A DNA stretch of 64,000 bases, taken from Negaprion brevirostris. Its lineage: Eukaryota. Position numbers and translations under genes: made by a program. The stretch covers positions 49,572,833 to 49,636,832 of the forward strand of contig JARDVH010000110.1 in the NCBI GenBank assembly GCA_030324005.1, in the 5' to 3' direction. Position 1 is the first letter of the stretch; every line of letters starts with the position of its first letter. Below are positions 26,317-39,339 of the stretch, piece by piece. The notes under the pieces are model-generated. The model made no database searches. It was not told where the DNA came from and saw nothing but the letters and a program-made list of their open reading frames with translations.

Positions 26317-27132
26317 GGGCGCAATCTGACCAAAAAAATTTGAAGTGTCATTAAAGTCTAAAAAGGGCCGTGTTCCCGAGTGAATTTGACCCTGCCAAAC
26401 TGTTTTACTGACAGTGGGGAAATTTGCACCAATGGGGGGAGGGGCAAAGCCTAAGCTCGCTGGGCAAATCAAAGCTTCAAAGCATTCAAGCATCATCGTG
26501 CATGGTGCCCCAAATTCCTTTTAAACTGGGAGACCTCTTCCCATTACCCTCCCCAAGGACTGGATCCATCCCCAACATTGGCAACATGTTCTCCCCCGCA
26601 ACATCAGGAGTTGCCAGTATCAAGGCCCTCCCAATGAATCCCTGGGCAGACCCCTAAAAACACCCTCCGCTCATCCACCACCTTGCAGAGGCCCCGTCTG
26701 TTGATGTGCATACCCCCACCACCCCACTCAGGCCTCACACCCACACTTAGGCTTCACCCTCTGGCAATGCCCTGGGCACACAAAGTGCCCAACCAGGCAC
26801 TGTAGAGTGCCATGTGGGCACTGTCCAGCCCCTGACCACCCAGGGACTTCAATGTAATTCCCCTTGGTATGGCCATTGTACCAGATCTCTGCTAGTGGAG
26901 ACCAGCTGTGATTCTTGCCAGCGAGGGTGAAGCATCCATGAGGCCTGAAACAGCTGCCCCCGATGCACTAATTGAGTGAAATGCAGTCAATCTTATGCAA
27001 CTTGGCTCGGAACATTGTGTGTGATGCCAAACTGATTCATGCCTGGAGTGAACCAGGTTTTTGGTTTTGCATGCAATCTTACCAGTTTGCCACATCAATG
27101 AACCAGCACAGCGAGCTGGTAAGATCATGCCC
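26317..27132. mobile_element. Non-autonomous DNA-transposon-like (MITE) element
   Basis: GC-rich block bounded by imperfect TIRs GGGCGCAATCTGACC / GGTAAGATCATGCCC; related ggcactgccc-type motifs recur at ~43250-43500 and ~51820-51900. Confidence 0.45.
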
Positions 27133-28358
27133 ATAACTTTTATATTTGCACCTACAAAATAATTCAAAGTGTAAATAAAAGTCATTCTCAAGTTATTTAG
27201 ATGGGATTCTTACTGAAAATCTTCCACTTTTCTGAGCACCCAACAATGAAAACATATGTCTATTTTGCATCATAACCCTTATGTTTTGTTTGAACAGAAG
27301 TCAACCTTTAATGCATTTTAGCTGTCTCTAGTTGAGTTTAATAGACTGTCAACATGGCTAACAAAACAGGAGACTGGATTTGAAAAGGTCAGAAGGTATG
27401 CAGTCGAATCTCAGAAATACCCAGGAAGAATCCAGAGTGCAACTGAAATGAAAGCATAAGGAACACTACAATATAGCTCTTAGGTTTGCTATTCAAAACA
27501 TTAGAACACAAGAAATGGGTTTTTTGGCCCTTCAAGCCTACTATTCCGATCAATAAGATCATGGCCTCAACTTCATTTTCCTCCCTGTTCCTGAAAAACC
27601 TGGAGTCTTTTGTGGATCAAAAATCTAACTCAGTCTTCAGTATATCCAACGACTCAACCTCCAATGCACACCAGAGAAGAGAAATCCAAATACTAACAAC
27701 TCTCAAGGGAAGAAATTCTTCCTCATCTCTATCTTAATTGGGAGGTTCCTTAGTTTGAAACTTTGACTCCTGGTTCATGATTCCCCAAGAGGTGAAACAC
27801 TACCCTGTCAAGCTCACTCAGAACCTTGTATGATTCATTAAGATTGCCTCTCATTCACGTATGGCTTCACCAACTCAACCTTCCCTCTTCAAACCACTCA
27901 TTCATCCCAGGAACAAACTGCTTCCATATTTATTCAGGAATTGAGAGCAAAATATTCTTGGTACATATGGTAATTTGTTTACAAGCAGTAAAGGTCAAAA
28001 TAATATTGTTAAATATTTCAGCAGTTTGATATTTCTTTTCAACAATTCTTCCAACACCACAGATAACATGGCTCAAGTTACAAAACCCCTAATCTAGCCT
28101 CCACTGCCAAGAATTGAAGACCAAGCCCAAAGGGTTAAACAGAAAATTGAGAGAAGAATCAGAAGTCAATAGCACCCACACAGCTCCCACTTCACTCAGC
28201 TGCATTAATGGAAGCTTGGAAAAAGACTGTCTCAGCCACAGTCAGCCTGAGGCTAGAGAAGCAATCAAAGGTCAGGAGGATAAAATGAAAATAATTTGAT
28301 TTTGTGAAATTTCATGAACTATAAATATGAAAACACAACAGGTGATAGTAGTGATTAC

Positions 28359-28495
28359 CTCTTTTCCATCATCAGTTATTATTGCTCCTGAATGTTCTAC
28401 AACTTCAAAGATCATGACTGAGCACAGTTCACGCCTGACAAACATAGTCATGTTGGCAAAAGCAGGCAGTTGATGCATAAACTCCAGCAATTGCT
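28359..28495 (-). CDS. RAPGEF6: RAPGEF6 exon, 137 nt, phase 1-0: (E)[45 protein letters not shown] (cNMP-binding domain)
   Basis: ttttacag|AG ... GAG|gtaatc; lies within ORF 28272..28511. Confidence 0.95.
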
Positions 28496-29167
28496 CTGTA
28501 AAATAATACACGTTTAGCCCATGTTATAGAGACACGTTTCCAAAGAAGCACTTCTAAATATAATAATATAATATCATGTCAAGAATTTTCTCAGTAGTGT
28601 CTATCATATTTACAACCAAAGTGCCGAGAAAACTCCGGTACTTTATACTGGCAGTTTCCCACTGGAGACTGATCGCCATGTGCCACTGTCCACTATTTAC
28701 TTCTCAGTCCCGTATCATTTGTATTGTGGAACCCCAGATATGAAGTTAGCACAGACTCTTTCTGGGGAACAGATTCCCCAATTTTGCTGTAACCAGCTCA
28801 CTTAATCTGACAAAGTCTTTGCAGAGTCAGAATTTCTTGAGGTTATCATTACAAATCCCATTTTCTTGCATTTAGATACACTGCCAGGATGAATCTTTCC
28901 CCTGCATCAAACTAAGAGTCCTAAATGAAATGAGCATGGCTCAGTCTCTATGAAGTCCTGAATTCTTTCATGCACCTTGAATTGTCTAACACCAATCCTT
29001 GATATCAAAAGTAAAAGTGTAATGTTCTTCTTGAGAAGTACACAGATTGATCTTATAATTTAAAAAGATAGATACTGACACTTTTAATGGGGCAGAAAAA
29101 TCTCACTACAACCAAAACAGAAGAAACATTGTTTTAAAATTTCCAATTTAAAGACAAGTACAATCAA

Positions 29168-29482
29168 ATCATAGAATCATTGAATACAGTGCAGAAGGGG
29201 GTAATCCGGCCCATCAAGTCTGCACCGACCACAATCCCACCCAGGCTCTATTCCCAAGACCCTCATATTTACTCAGCTAATCCCTCTGACACTAGGATTA
29301 ATTTAGCATGGCCGATCAACCTAACCCACACATCTTTAGACTGTGGGAGGAAACTGGAGTACCTGGAGGAAATCACGCAGACATGGGGAGAATGTGGAAG
29401 CCCACACATACAGTGGTCCAAGGTTGGAATTGAACCCAGGCCCCCGGCGCTGTCATGCAGCAGTGTCAACCACTGTGCCACT
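29168..29482 (-). mobile_element. HE1/V-SINE-like element with CR1-type tail
   Basis: Same head and core; tail ...gatgggccgga...ttctgcactgtattcaatgattctatgat. Confidence 0.85.
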
Positions 29483-29976
29483 CCTTAAGGAAATCATCAC
29501 AATTTTGATGAAAGGTCATAAGCATTTAATGATAAGGTTGAAATGTTCTTATTTTTGCGTAGCACAGCTGTACTGAACAGGTACTGGAAATGGAAACTGT
29601 CCGCAGCTCTGTGAAAATTTAAGCTAGTCTTCTAACAATTGAGCTTAGATTTGTTTTATCAGCTGAATCTTACAATGTTTTAGGAAGCCACTGACGAACT
29701 GGCAATCGGCACAGCTTTTCTCTTTCTATGGGTTCTAGTATAAATTTGTATTTAATATAGTGGCCTTTATAACCTTAGGAGATCCCAAAGCACTTCACAA
29801 CCACTTAAGTCCTTTGAAGTGTAATTGCTGTTCTAAGGTGAGTAAACACAGCAGTGAATTTGTTCACAGCAGCAAAAAACCCACAAAGAGCAATCAGATA
29901 AATGACCAAACATTCTACTTGGTGATATTGGTTGCAGGATAAGTTTGGTTACATCACCAACAAAACTCTCCTCTTC

Positions 29977-30047
29977 AAGGGAGGCAGGCGGAGAGCGAGG
30001 GAGGCAGGGAGGCAGGCGGAGAGCGAGGGAGGGAGGGAGGCAGGCAG
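29977..30047 (+). repeat. Purine-rich tandem repeat (agggaggcaggcggagagcg units)
   Basis: Directly visible; interrupts a Deu-SINE remnant. Confidence 0.8.
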
Positions 30048-30851
30048 ACGTGAACAAAACGCTGGTGGGCTTTCATTTGAAAAAATAAGTATTATGGACA
30101 GCCAGTGCCTTAAACAGGGCCTGTAGGTAGCCTTCTTGCTCCCATAGCCCTACAGTCAGCTGGCTCTAACCTTTGTAGAGATCTGCTGCTGCATGCACAA
30201 AAGCATTAGGCCCCTTTCTGATACAATCAAGGTTGTTAATAGGATCCCATTGCAACTGTTAGGGACATAGGGTGGAGCTTGTAATGCAAACACTCCAACC
30301 AATGGATCTAGGTCTTCCAATCAGGAAACAGAAAACGTTAAAAAAAATGGTGTGGGAATTTTTCAGAGCTGTAAGATTCAGGTGTGCTCCTTCTTGTTCC
30401 ATTGAAATACATTGGGATGTTGCTTCCCTTGGTTTGATGTTACCTTCTCCTGCCTCTCAAAGCAACTATTGGGATCTGCAAGCCACTGCTGGCCTCCCAC
30501 TGGGCCACAATTCCTCAAGCCCAAGTGCAGTGAGTTGCTTCACAGTGGCAATATACAAGAATGAGCAAAGAACCAACATGCTGCACTAACCCAAAAGTCA
30601 AAAATTGACCCCAGAAAAGTAGTCAATGTTAAGGTCACAGGTGCCCTTTACTAGCACTGTTGTCTGACAATGGATCAAGATTTAAAATATTTCCCTGCCC
30701 TCAATGTCTTTGGACATTACCCTGTCCACCCATATGATCAACATCGTTTATCGTAAAGAAAATGAAAGAATGTGGTGGAAGTCTCAAGTCATTGAAATCA
30801 ACATTTAGATCTGGCAGAGGTTTACCCTAAAGAAACTAACATGTTTGTTGC

Positions 30852-31000
30852 TTTTTTTTCTAATTTTTATTTCCAAACAAAAATTCAAAATGAATCCAAT
30901 TCATGGTCCCTACGAGAAGATCAAACAAGATCCGAGCTGACAAAACGAGGCATTGCACTGCATCCTGGGCTTGATCAAACAAGATCCAAACTGACAACGA
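30852..31000 (-). mobile_element. 5'-truncated copy 3 of the same family (no U2 head)
   Basis: T-rich tail followed by ccaattcatggtc...caaacaagatccgagctgacaa...gggcttgatcaaacaagatccaaactgacaa, shared with copies 1 and 2. Confidence 0.55.
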
Positions 31001-31276
31001 GGTTGCTTAAATACAGGATGCCAACAAGAGCAAGATTAGCCTGGAGTGTTTTGATTCTAAGAAAACCCAGGCAGTTCTCAAGGTCCTCAAAATGGATCTG
31101 TCTGTAATCAGAAGTCCCTACGTTTGTGGGCACACTAGCATGCTACTTTAGTTGCAAGGTAAGAATAAACTGCAAACAAAAAATGATGCAACATTGCTAC
31201 GAGGCCAACTACTTGGTGGACACACTAAAAATATCAAGCAAATTCAGCCACTCTGTTTTAAGAATTTTGCTGAATT

Positions 31277-31520
31277 ATTGAATCCCTACAGTGCAGGAGG
31301 CTGCCATTTGGCCCATTGAGCCTACACCAACAAAAATCCCACCCAGGCTCTATCCCCATAGTCCCCACATATTTACTCTGCTAGTCCCCCTGACACTAAG
31401 AGGCAAGTTAGCTTGGCCAATCAACCTAAGCTGCACCTTTGGAAGGACTATGGGAGGAAACCAGAGCACCCAGAGGAAACCCATGCAGACATGGGGAGAA
31501 TGTGCAAACTCCACACACAC
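31277..31520 (-). mobile_element. HE1/V-SINE-like element, 5'-truncated
   Basis: Core and CR1-type tail, as in 29168-29482. Confidence 0.8.
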
Positions 31521-31656
31521 ACTGCGGCGTTTGCGGATACTTGAGTGTTCTGAACTAAAATTTAGCACAATCCTAATGTAATCAGAGCATCAGACAGCAA
31601 AGTACAAGGGAATGAAAATATAAGGTGAGAGAGAAAGATATTTTCTTAAATTGTAC

Positions 31657-31837
31657 CTATGTCATCATCAGTTCGGTCTGCTGGATCCTTCTCCAGACAT
31701 TCCCGAACAACATCCCTGCCCATCAGTGGATCAGATGCTCGGTCAATGTCTTCTTCATCTTCTTCCTCTTCTTCAGAGTCTACAGCTGTTTCTGGTAGAC
31801 CAGTAAGATCAACATCCCCCATTTCACTTTCTGTAGC
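31657..31837 (-). CDS. RAPGEF6: RAPGEF6 exon, 181 nt, phase 0-1: [60 protein letters not shown]
   Basis: ttcttgctgtag|GCT ... ATAG|gtacaa; acidic stretch before the cNMP domain. Confidence 0.95.
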
Positions 31838-32189
31838 CTACAGCAAGAAATACTTTTATGTTAATCATTTGCATGTATCATAAAAAATACAACATTTCTC
31901 TGAAAAAAATGTTCTCAGCGATTCACTGCTGGTTTTGCCTTTATCTTTTTTTTATTCACCTAAATCAAAATACTAGTTTTATAAATTACAAATCCAGGCA
32001 TTGTTATAAAATGATGTTTTGCACTCAAAAGCTAAGCATCCAGCAAACTTATAACCTCTGAAGACATGAAACCAAATACTTACTAATTTAGAGTGAAATT
32101 AAAACAGGATTGCACTGAAGTGTCACAAATTTTAAACACAATGGCTGGACTTGTGAATTCTAGTTTTCAACTTAGTTAAGTTCATAAGT

Positions 32190-33960
32190 TTTCAATGAGA
32201 GGTAGTGGTAACATCACTGGAATAGTAATCCACAGGCCCAGGTTAACGCTCTGCGGAATGGGTTTCGTTCTCACTATGGCAACTAAATAGGGAATTAAAA
32301 AGCTAGCTGTGGTCATTGTGACCACAAAACCATTGACACTCTGGCAGGACAGACCCAGCAGAGGTGGCAATATCGTGGCATACAGTCGAGAGTGAGTTCT
32401 CAACACTGATTCTTGACCACATGAAGTCTCGTGGTATCAGGTCTAACATGAGCAAAGAAACCTCCTGCTGATTACCAGCCACCATCTCCCATCAGCAGAT
32501 GGAGCAATACTCCTTCGTATTGAACATGACTTGTAGGAAGCAAGGGTGCAAAATATATTCTGGGTGGGGGACTATCACCACTACTGACTATGCCTTAAAG
32601 GACATAGCTGCTAGACTGGGTCTGCTGCAGGTGGTGAGGGAACCAACAAGGAAAGATTGATGCCCTCATCCTCACCAAACTGCCTGCCATAAATGCACCC
32701 ATATATGACAGTATTGGTAAGAATGAACACCACACAGTCTTTGTGAAGACAAAGTACCACCTTCACACTGACAATATTCTCTATTGTGTTGTGTGGCACT
32801 ATCATTCAAACGGATGCAACTGAAACTAGGCATCCAAGATGTCTTCTGGGCCATCAGCAGCAGCAGAATTGTATATAACCGCAATTGGTAACCCCATATT
32901 CCTCACTCAACAACTACCATCAAGCCAGGGGATTAATCCTAGTTCAATGAAGAGTGAAGGAAGGCATGCCAGGAGCAGCAAATACGGAATTAAAGAGCTA
33001 GTTGTCAACCTGGTGAAGCTGCAACACAAAACTATGTGCCTGCCAAAAACATGCAATGCTCAGAGACAAGCAATCCNNNNNNNNNNCCTGCAACATCCAG
33101 TTGTGAGTGGTGGTGGTCAATTAACTAGAGAAGACACCACACATACCCCCCACTCTTGATGGTGGTCAGATATCAGTGTAAACACAAGGTATTTCCACGA
33201 ATCTTTAGCCAGGAGTGCTGAGTAAATGATCCATCTAGGCCTCCTCTTGAGGACCCCAGCTCACACGTGCAAGTCTTCAGCCAATTCAATTCACTCCACA
33301 TGATAGCAAGAAACAGGTGAAGGCACTGGCTACTGCAAAGACTATGGGCTCTAACAACATTCCAGCAATAGTTCTGAAGATTTGTGTGCCAGAACTAGCT
33401 GTGCCCTGAATCAAATTGTTCCAGTACAGCTACAACACTGGTATCACAGCAATGTGGAAAGTTGCCCAGATATGTCCTACCCTCAATAAGGAGGACAAAT
33501 CCAATCAGGCCAATTATCACTCCAGCAATCTACTCTCAATCATCAGCAAAGTGATGGAAGAGGTTGTCAACAGTGCTGTCATGCAGCACTTACTTCTAAA
33601 CAATCTACTCACTCATTGACGCTCAGTTTGGGTTCTGTCAGAGCTATTCAGTTCCTGACCTCATTACAGCTTTAGTTCAAATATGGACAAAAGAGCTGAA
33701 CTCAAGAGGTGAGGTAAGAATGACTACTCTTGACATCAAGGACTCATTTGATCAAGTGTGGCATCAAAGAGCCCTAGCAAAATTAGAGACAACGGGAATC
33801 AAGAGGAAAACTCTCCACCAGTTGGAGTAATCTATATGGCGGCTCCAGTTCAGTTCCTGATCAATAGCAACCTTTAAGATATTGAGAGTGTGTGATTCAG
33901 CAAATGTCAAAGGGAGATGGTTAGATTTTCTTCTATTGGAGATGGTCATTCCCTTGCATT
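32190..33960. mobile_element. CR1-group LINE of the same family (+ strand) with a short inverted segment at ~33836-33960
   Basis: MWKVAQICP..K.DKSNQANY..LLSIISKVME pre-RT motif (ORF 33416..33619); the minus-strand piece DQELNWSRHI matches 9229-9260. Confidence 0.75.
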
Positions 33961-34018
33961 ACTCTCATACCATCTCTAATATAATTATTGTTGCTACTTT
34001 CTGTGTAGAAATTATTTC

Positions 34019-34227
34019 GATGTAGAGATGCCGGCGTTGGACTGGGGTAAACACAGTAAGAAGTCTCACAACACCAGGTTAAAGTCCAACCAGTTNNNNN
34101 NNNNNNNNNNNNNNNNNNNNNNNNNNNNNNNNNNNNNNNNNNNNNNNNNNNNNNNNNNNNNNNNNCTTGTGGGATTACTATCAAATAAACTGGTTGGACT
34201 TTAACCTGGTGTTGAGAGACTTCTTAC
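34019..34227. mobile_element. Palindromic Penelope-type short insertion with 13-bp target-site duplication
   Basis: TAGAAATTATTTC at 34006-34018 and 34228-34240; 41-bp inverted repeat 34055-34095 / 34188-34228 with 1 mismatch. Confidence 0.7.
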
Positions 34228-34279
34228 TAGAAATTATTTCCTCAGAGGCTGATTCTGCCCTCTGCTCTTACCAAATATC

Positions 34280-34970
34280 ATCCAGGTCTTGCTGCATACT
34301 GTTCAGTATCTGAGGAGTTGTGAAAGATGCTGAACATTGTCCAGTCATCCATGAATATCCCACTTCTGACCTTGAAGGTAGAGGGAAGGTCACTGAAGAA
34401 GCAGCCAAAGATGGCTGGGCCTGCTATGTTCCAGGACCAAGATAATTGACATCCAACAACCACAATCATTATTCTGTGTGTTAGGGATGACCCTCTGACC
34501 AGTGGAGGGCCCACCACCCTCCTGGATTCCCAATGATGTTGAATGATGGATTCGGTTGATTGGCCATATTATCCCTTAGTGACCCAAGATGTGTAGGTTA
34601 GATGGATTAGGGATTGTAAACATGTAGGGTTACAGGGATAGGGTGGAGAAGAGGGCCTGGGTAAGATACTCAGTCAGAAAGTTGTTGCAGATTCAACTGG
34701 CCAAATAGCCTGTTCTGCACTATAGGGATTCTATGATTCTACAAGTCAAGGTTTGCTACAGTTCCTTGATGTGATACTCGGTCAAATGCTGCCTTGATGT
34801 CAAGGGCAGACATTCTCGAGTTCAGCACTTTTGTCCATGCCTGGATCAATGATGTAATGAGGTCAGGTGCTGAGTGGCCCTGCCAGAACTCAAACTGAGC
34901 ATCACTGAACAGGCAAATGCTGACCAAGTGTCACTTGATAGCATGGTTGACAACACCTTTCATCACTTCG
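34280..34970 (-). mobile_element. CR1-group LINE fragments interrupted by a SINE 3' half (~34552-34740, +)
   Basis: ALDIKAAFDRV (ORF 34739..34927) and FMDD (ORF 34278..34517) RT motifs. Confidence 0.7.
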
Positions 34971-35299
34971 CTATTTATTATTTTTCAGTACACTATTAGA
35001 TGGCTAAAGATAACTAAGGGAAAAATATGTTTGTTTCCTACTACTATTCACTTGTTCTTGCACTGTTTATTAAATCTGTTGGCAGTTAAAACACGAGTCA
35101 AGGTTCAGCATATTCTGTTCTGCTTTTTAAACAAAGGAAATTCAATGATAGCACATGCAAAAACCAACAGCTGTTCAATCCCTTGGCATGCTATAAATGT
35201 TTCTAGATCACTCAGCGTTAACATCCTACAGGACAAAAATGGTGCCAGTTTTCATTTTGAAGATTACATTAAAAAAGAAACCTAAAGTCATTAACCCTC

Positions 35300-35645
35300 A
35301 TATGGCAGCAGAGTGGCTAGTATTGCTGCCTCACAGCGCCAGGGGCCTGGGTTCAATTCCAACCTTGGCTGTTTGTCTGTTTGGAGTTTGCACAGTCTCC
35401 CCGTATCTGCATGGGTTTCTTCCAGGTGCACTGGTTTCCTCCCATAGTCCAAAGATATGCATGCAGATTAAGTGGATTAGCCATGCTAAATTGCTGCTTA
35501 ATGTCCAAAAATGTGTAGGTTAGGTGGATTAGTCATGGTAAATGCATGGAGTTACTGGGGGAGGAGGTTGTCCTGAGTAAGATGTTCTTCGGAGAATCGG
35601 TGCGGTTTCAATGGGCCAAATATCCTCCTTTTTAACTACAGGGAA
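35300..35645 (+). mobile_element. HE1/V-SINE-like element
   Basis: tggcagcagagtggctagtattgctgcctcacagcgccagggg...gggttcaattcc head plus core. Confidence 0.8.
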
Positions 35646-38119
35646 TATGGTAACAGTCAATGGTACTCTCATACCATCCCGACTATAATTAATGATGGCT
35701 TTTATTGTGTGCATATTGAGAGAGTGACTCTTTGATTTGCTATTTTCCTTGTAGAAATTATTCCCTCAGATGCGGATTCTGCCTTCTGCTCCTCTAATAA
35801 TCATTACCTTGGTCTTAAATTTTAATGATCATATAAAGGAATTTAAAAAGTATCAAATCAAGCTGATGGATCATCAGATTTATTTTCATGTCAACCTGTA
35901 GTTGGTAAAACTAATTTGTTTCAGGTTGGTTTGAAGTTTGTGGTGGACATAAAGTCAAATACTAAATTATTAAAACAGGTCACTGAAAAGAAGTGATGGC
36001 ACATACATCAGCATCCTGCATCAGGTTTTGGTCAGTGAGATATCTGATTTTAAATGCCTTGCCTTCAATTTCATTTCTTTCCTGTCCTCCCATAATATCT
36101 TTCCCTATGTTAACTCTCCTAATCATAATACTTTCTCAGAAGACTAAAGAAATTTGGCATGTAAATATGATTCTCACCAACTTTTACAGATGTACANNNN
36201 NNNNNNNNNNNNNNNNNNNNNNNNNNNNNNNNNNNNNNNNNNNNNNNNNNNNNNNNNNNNNNNNNNNNNNNNNNNNNNNNNNNNNNNNNNNNNNNNNNNN
36301 NNNNNNNNNNNNNNNNNNNNNNNNNNNNNNNNNNNNNNNNNNNNNNNNNNNTTACAAATCCCTCTATAGTCTATTGATCCCTCCCAATCAGTCTCTGTAA
36401 TCTTCTCCAGGGCACAATTCTCCAAAATCTCTTCTTCAAATCTGGACTCTTGCACATTCCCAATTTTTGGTGTTCCACCAATACCTGACATGATTTCACC
36501 TGCCAAGACCAATGCTGTGAAATGTCACCCTTAAAGCTGTTTACCTCTCTCCCCCTTTAAGATATTGCTAAAACCTTTCAAGTTTTTTGGTGTTCTGTCC
36601 TAATATATCCTTAAGTGTTAAATTTTGTTTGTTAATGCTCCTGTAAAGTGCCATGGGATGCTTTGCTATATTAAAGGTTATTTATTAAGGACCTTGTTGT
36701 TTGCTAGATGTGTTGACTTATTTTGTTCTTGTGTGATAGCATGAGCTATTTTCCTACAATAAAATGTGCTATATAAATGCAAGTTGGTGATGCTGAACAT
36801 TACTGGAGGTCCCTCAGCCTTGGCTCTATCAAGCTGCATCTGAATTATCTAGGCAGATAAATGCAGACAGTGTGGATATCATTTGGGCAACAGGAACCTA
36901 ATTAAACAAATTTCTCAGTAGCTTGATTTGGGAGTCCTTAAACACAAGCTTGATTTCCTTGCATGCCCGTCACTTGGTTGGCCAAAAATAGTCTTATCTG
37001 TGGAAATCTAGAAGCTGTAATAAAATTATTTTACATTTATAGCTTCAGTTGGAGCAGAAAAATGAGCCACAGCTCACATAGCTAAATGTTGTGCAGACCT
37101 AAGCAAATCAGCCACTTTGAATCATATGCCGGGTGTATGAGGATGACTGCATTAATAATTAAAAGTTTCAGATCAATACTGAAAGCAGCCTCAGAACCAG
37201 CCTTTGTCTCTTACACAACAATAGGAGAGAGTTGGATAACCCTTTACAATTACAGGAAATTACTGTACTTGAAAACAATTACTGGCAGCACAGAAATGGC
37301 ACTTCATGCAGGATATGCAGGCTGGCAATGTGAGCTGCACTGACCTTTCTAGAATTTTCAATGTCTATTGCAAATGTTATTCCTCCACTGACTAGAAAAC
37401 TACTCCCACTGTATTGTATGAATACTCTCCAATTATTTTTTTTTTTAAATCTTGCATCCCACCTGTGCAGTGCTTACCCTTACAGTTGGTTTCCGTTTAT
37501 CCCTTTCTCAGCAGTCAAGAGGATGCTCTTTTCCTGCTTAACCTTTAGGAAAGGCATACAACTGGGATGAGAGGAACTTGATCTCATTGCTACCATCCAA
37601 AGCAACAGGAAGCCAATCCAAGTCATCCATAATTAGAATCTTCATGAAGTGCAGTGCTGAACCTTAACACCAACAACACTGGAATTTGCTTGGCAATNNN
37701 NNNNNNNNNNNNNNNNNNNNNNNNNNNNNNNNNNNNNNNNNNNNNNNNNNNNNNNNNNNNNNNNNNNNNNNNNNNNNNNNNNNNNNNNNNNNNNNNNTTA
37801 AGTGTAACACTTATCAAAGATGCAATGATTTTTGGAGAAAAAAACAAGGTTAGATTAAAATGAAAGCAGGATTCAATTTTAATCACAAGCCTCATCATCA
37901 AGACTTAACTTAAAAATCAACTTGCTAGTGGAATTAGCATCTTTAGGTTCCCCCGCCCTGGGGAAAATAATCATTGGAGAAATGCCTTGGAGGGGTTTTA
38001 ATCCTGAGACAAACATAAGCACAGTGAATCTAGGATGTTGCGGGTCCACAGAACCATATAATCCTTCAGTGTAGGAGGTGGTCATTCGGCTCATCAAGCC
38101 TGTGCCAACTCTTCAAAAC

Positions 38120-38350
38120 AGCATCTTAACCAGCCCCTCCTTCACCCTATTCCCAGAATCCCAAGCATTTAGCATGGCTAATCCAGCAAACCTACACATT
38201 TTTGTACTGTAGGAGAAAACCAAAACACCGAGGGGAAACCCGCACAGACATGAGGAGAACGCGCAAACTTCACAGAGACAGGCACACAAGGTTAGAATTG
38301 AAACCGGACCCTGGTCCTGTGAGGCAACAGTGCTAACCATTGTGCCACTC
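38120..38350 (-). mobile_element. HE1/V-SINE-like element
   Basis: Same head and core (ORF 38113..38406 is its translation). Confidence 0.8.
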
Positions 38351-39028
38351 CGTTGATCATTATTCAGCATCCTTAGAAAGATCAGAATCAATGCGAATTT
38401 TTGCACTGCTTTGACCTTTTCCTGTCATTTCTGTTAATACTTAGAACGGTGAATACTGATGACAATGCTTAAATAAGTTGCTAACATTAATGATACATAA
38501 TGACTAAATTAATAATAGATAAATTACTTCTGAGTTAATTATGATATCAACCAATAGTAATTTAACTCCTTCAAAGACTTTCAAAATTGAGGACCTCTCT
38601 AAGCCATTGCAATCCAAAATTAAAATCCAGTGTTACTGACTAAACAGTAGTATGCACAAGTCTACAAGAAACAGCATGGAAAATCAGAAATATGTTAGTT
38701 GTGTCACAAACAGATGGATCAAGGAAAACAACTGGAGTGCCACATACATGAATCCATTTGTTGCAATGCAGCCTCTGCCTTTAATTTATCTATGTTAGCA
38801 CCAACATGGTATTTTGTTTAGGGAAATCATAATCCTTTATTTGTTTGTATGATAATTTACATTACTAAAGTCTCTAGCTGTAGCCAACATTCCTGTTTGA
38901 TTACTGTTTGTGAAGTAAGAATTCTCCCATCCTGGTCATACAAAAGGAATGTGAGCAAGCAAACATCCTTCTTCACCCATGCCTCATTTGAACTGAATCA
39001 TAAAACACAACAATCATTCAGTTTATTG

Positions 39029-39098
39029 ATGGAGCCTGATCATCGAGTTTGAAACAAGTATGTACAAGTACATGAAACATACTTGTTTCAGGCTCCAT
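39029..39098. repeat. Nested inverted repeat (hairpin)
   Basis: TGAAACAAGTATGT 39050-39063 / ACATACTTGTTTCA 39077-39090; ATGGAGCCTGA 39029-39039 / TCAGGCTCCAT 39088-39098. Confidence 0.85.
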
Positions 39099-39339
39099 GA
39101 TCAAGCTCAACAGCATACTGTTGAAGACCTATGTTCAGCAGGAGACAGCAGGGCACAAGAAGAGGATTAAAGAATCTAATTCCAATATCTGATCTAAGAG
39201 TTTGTGGATTTCAACAAATTAAACATGAAGTGGCACACCTCCCATTCTTGCCAACTCCCAACCCCAAAAAGTTACATCAGTTTGCAAAGCGGCAGTGGAA
39301 AGGAGGGCGCCAATATGAAGGAGGAATCACTATCAATAG

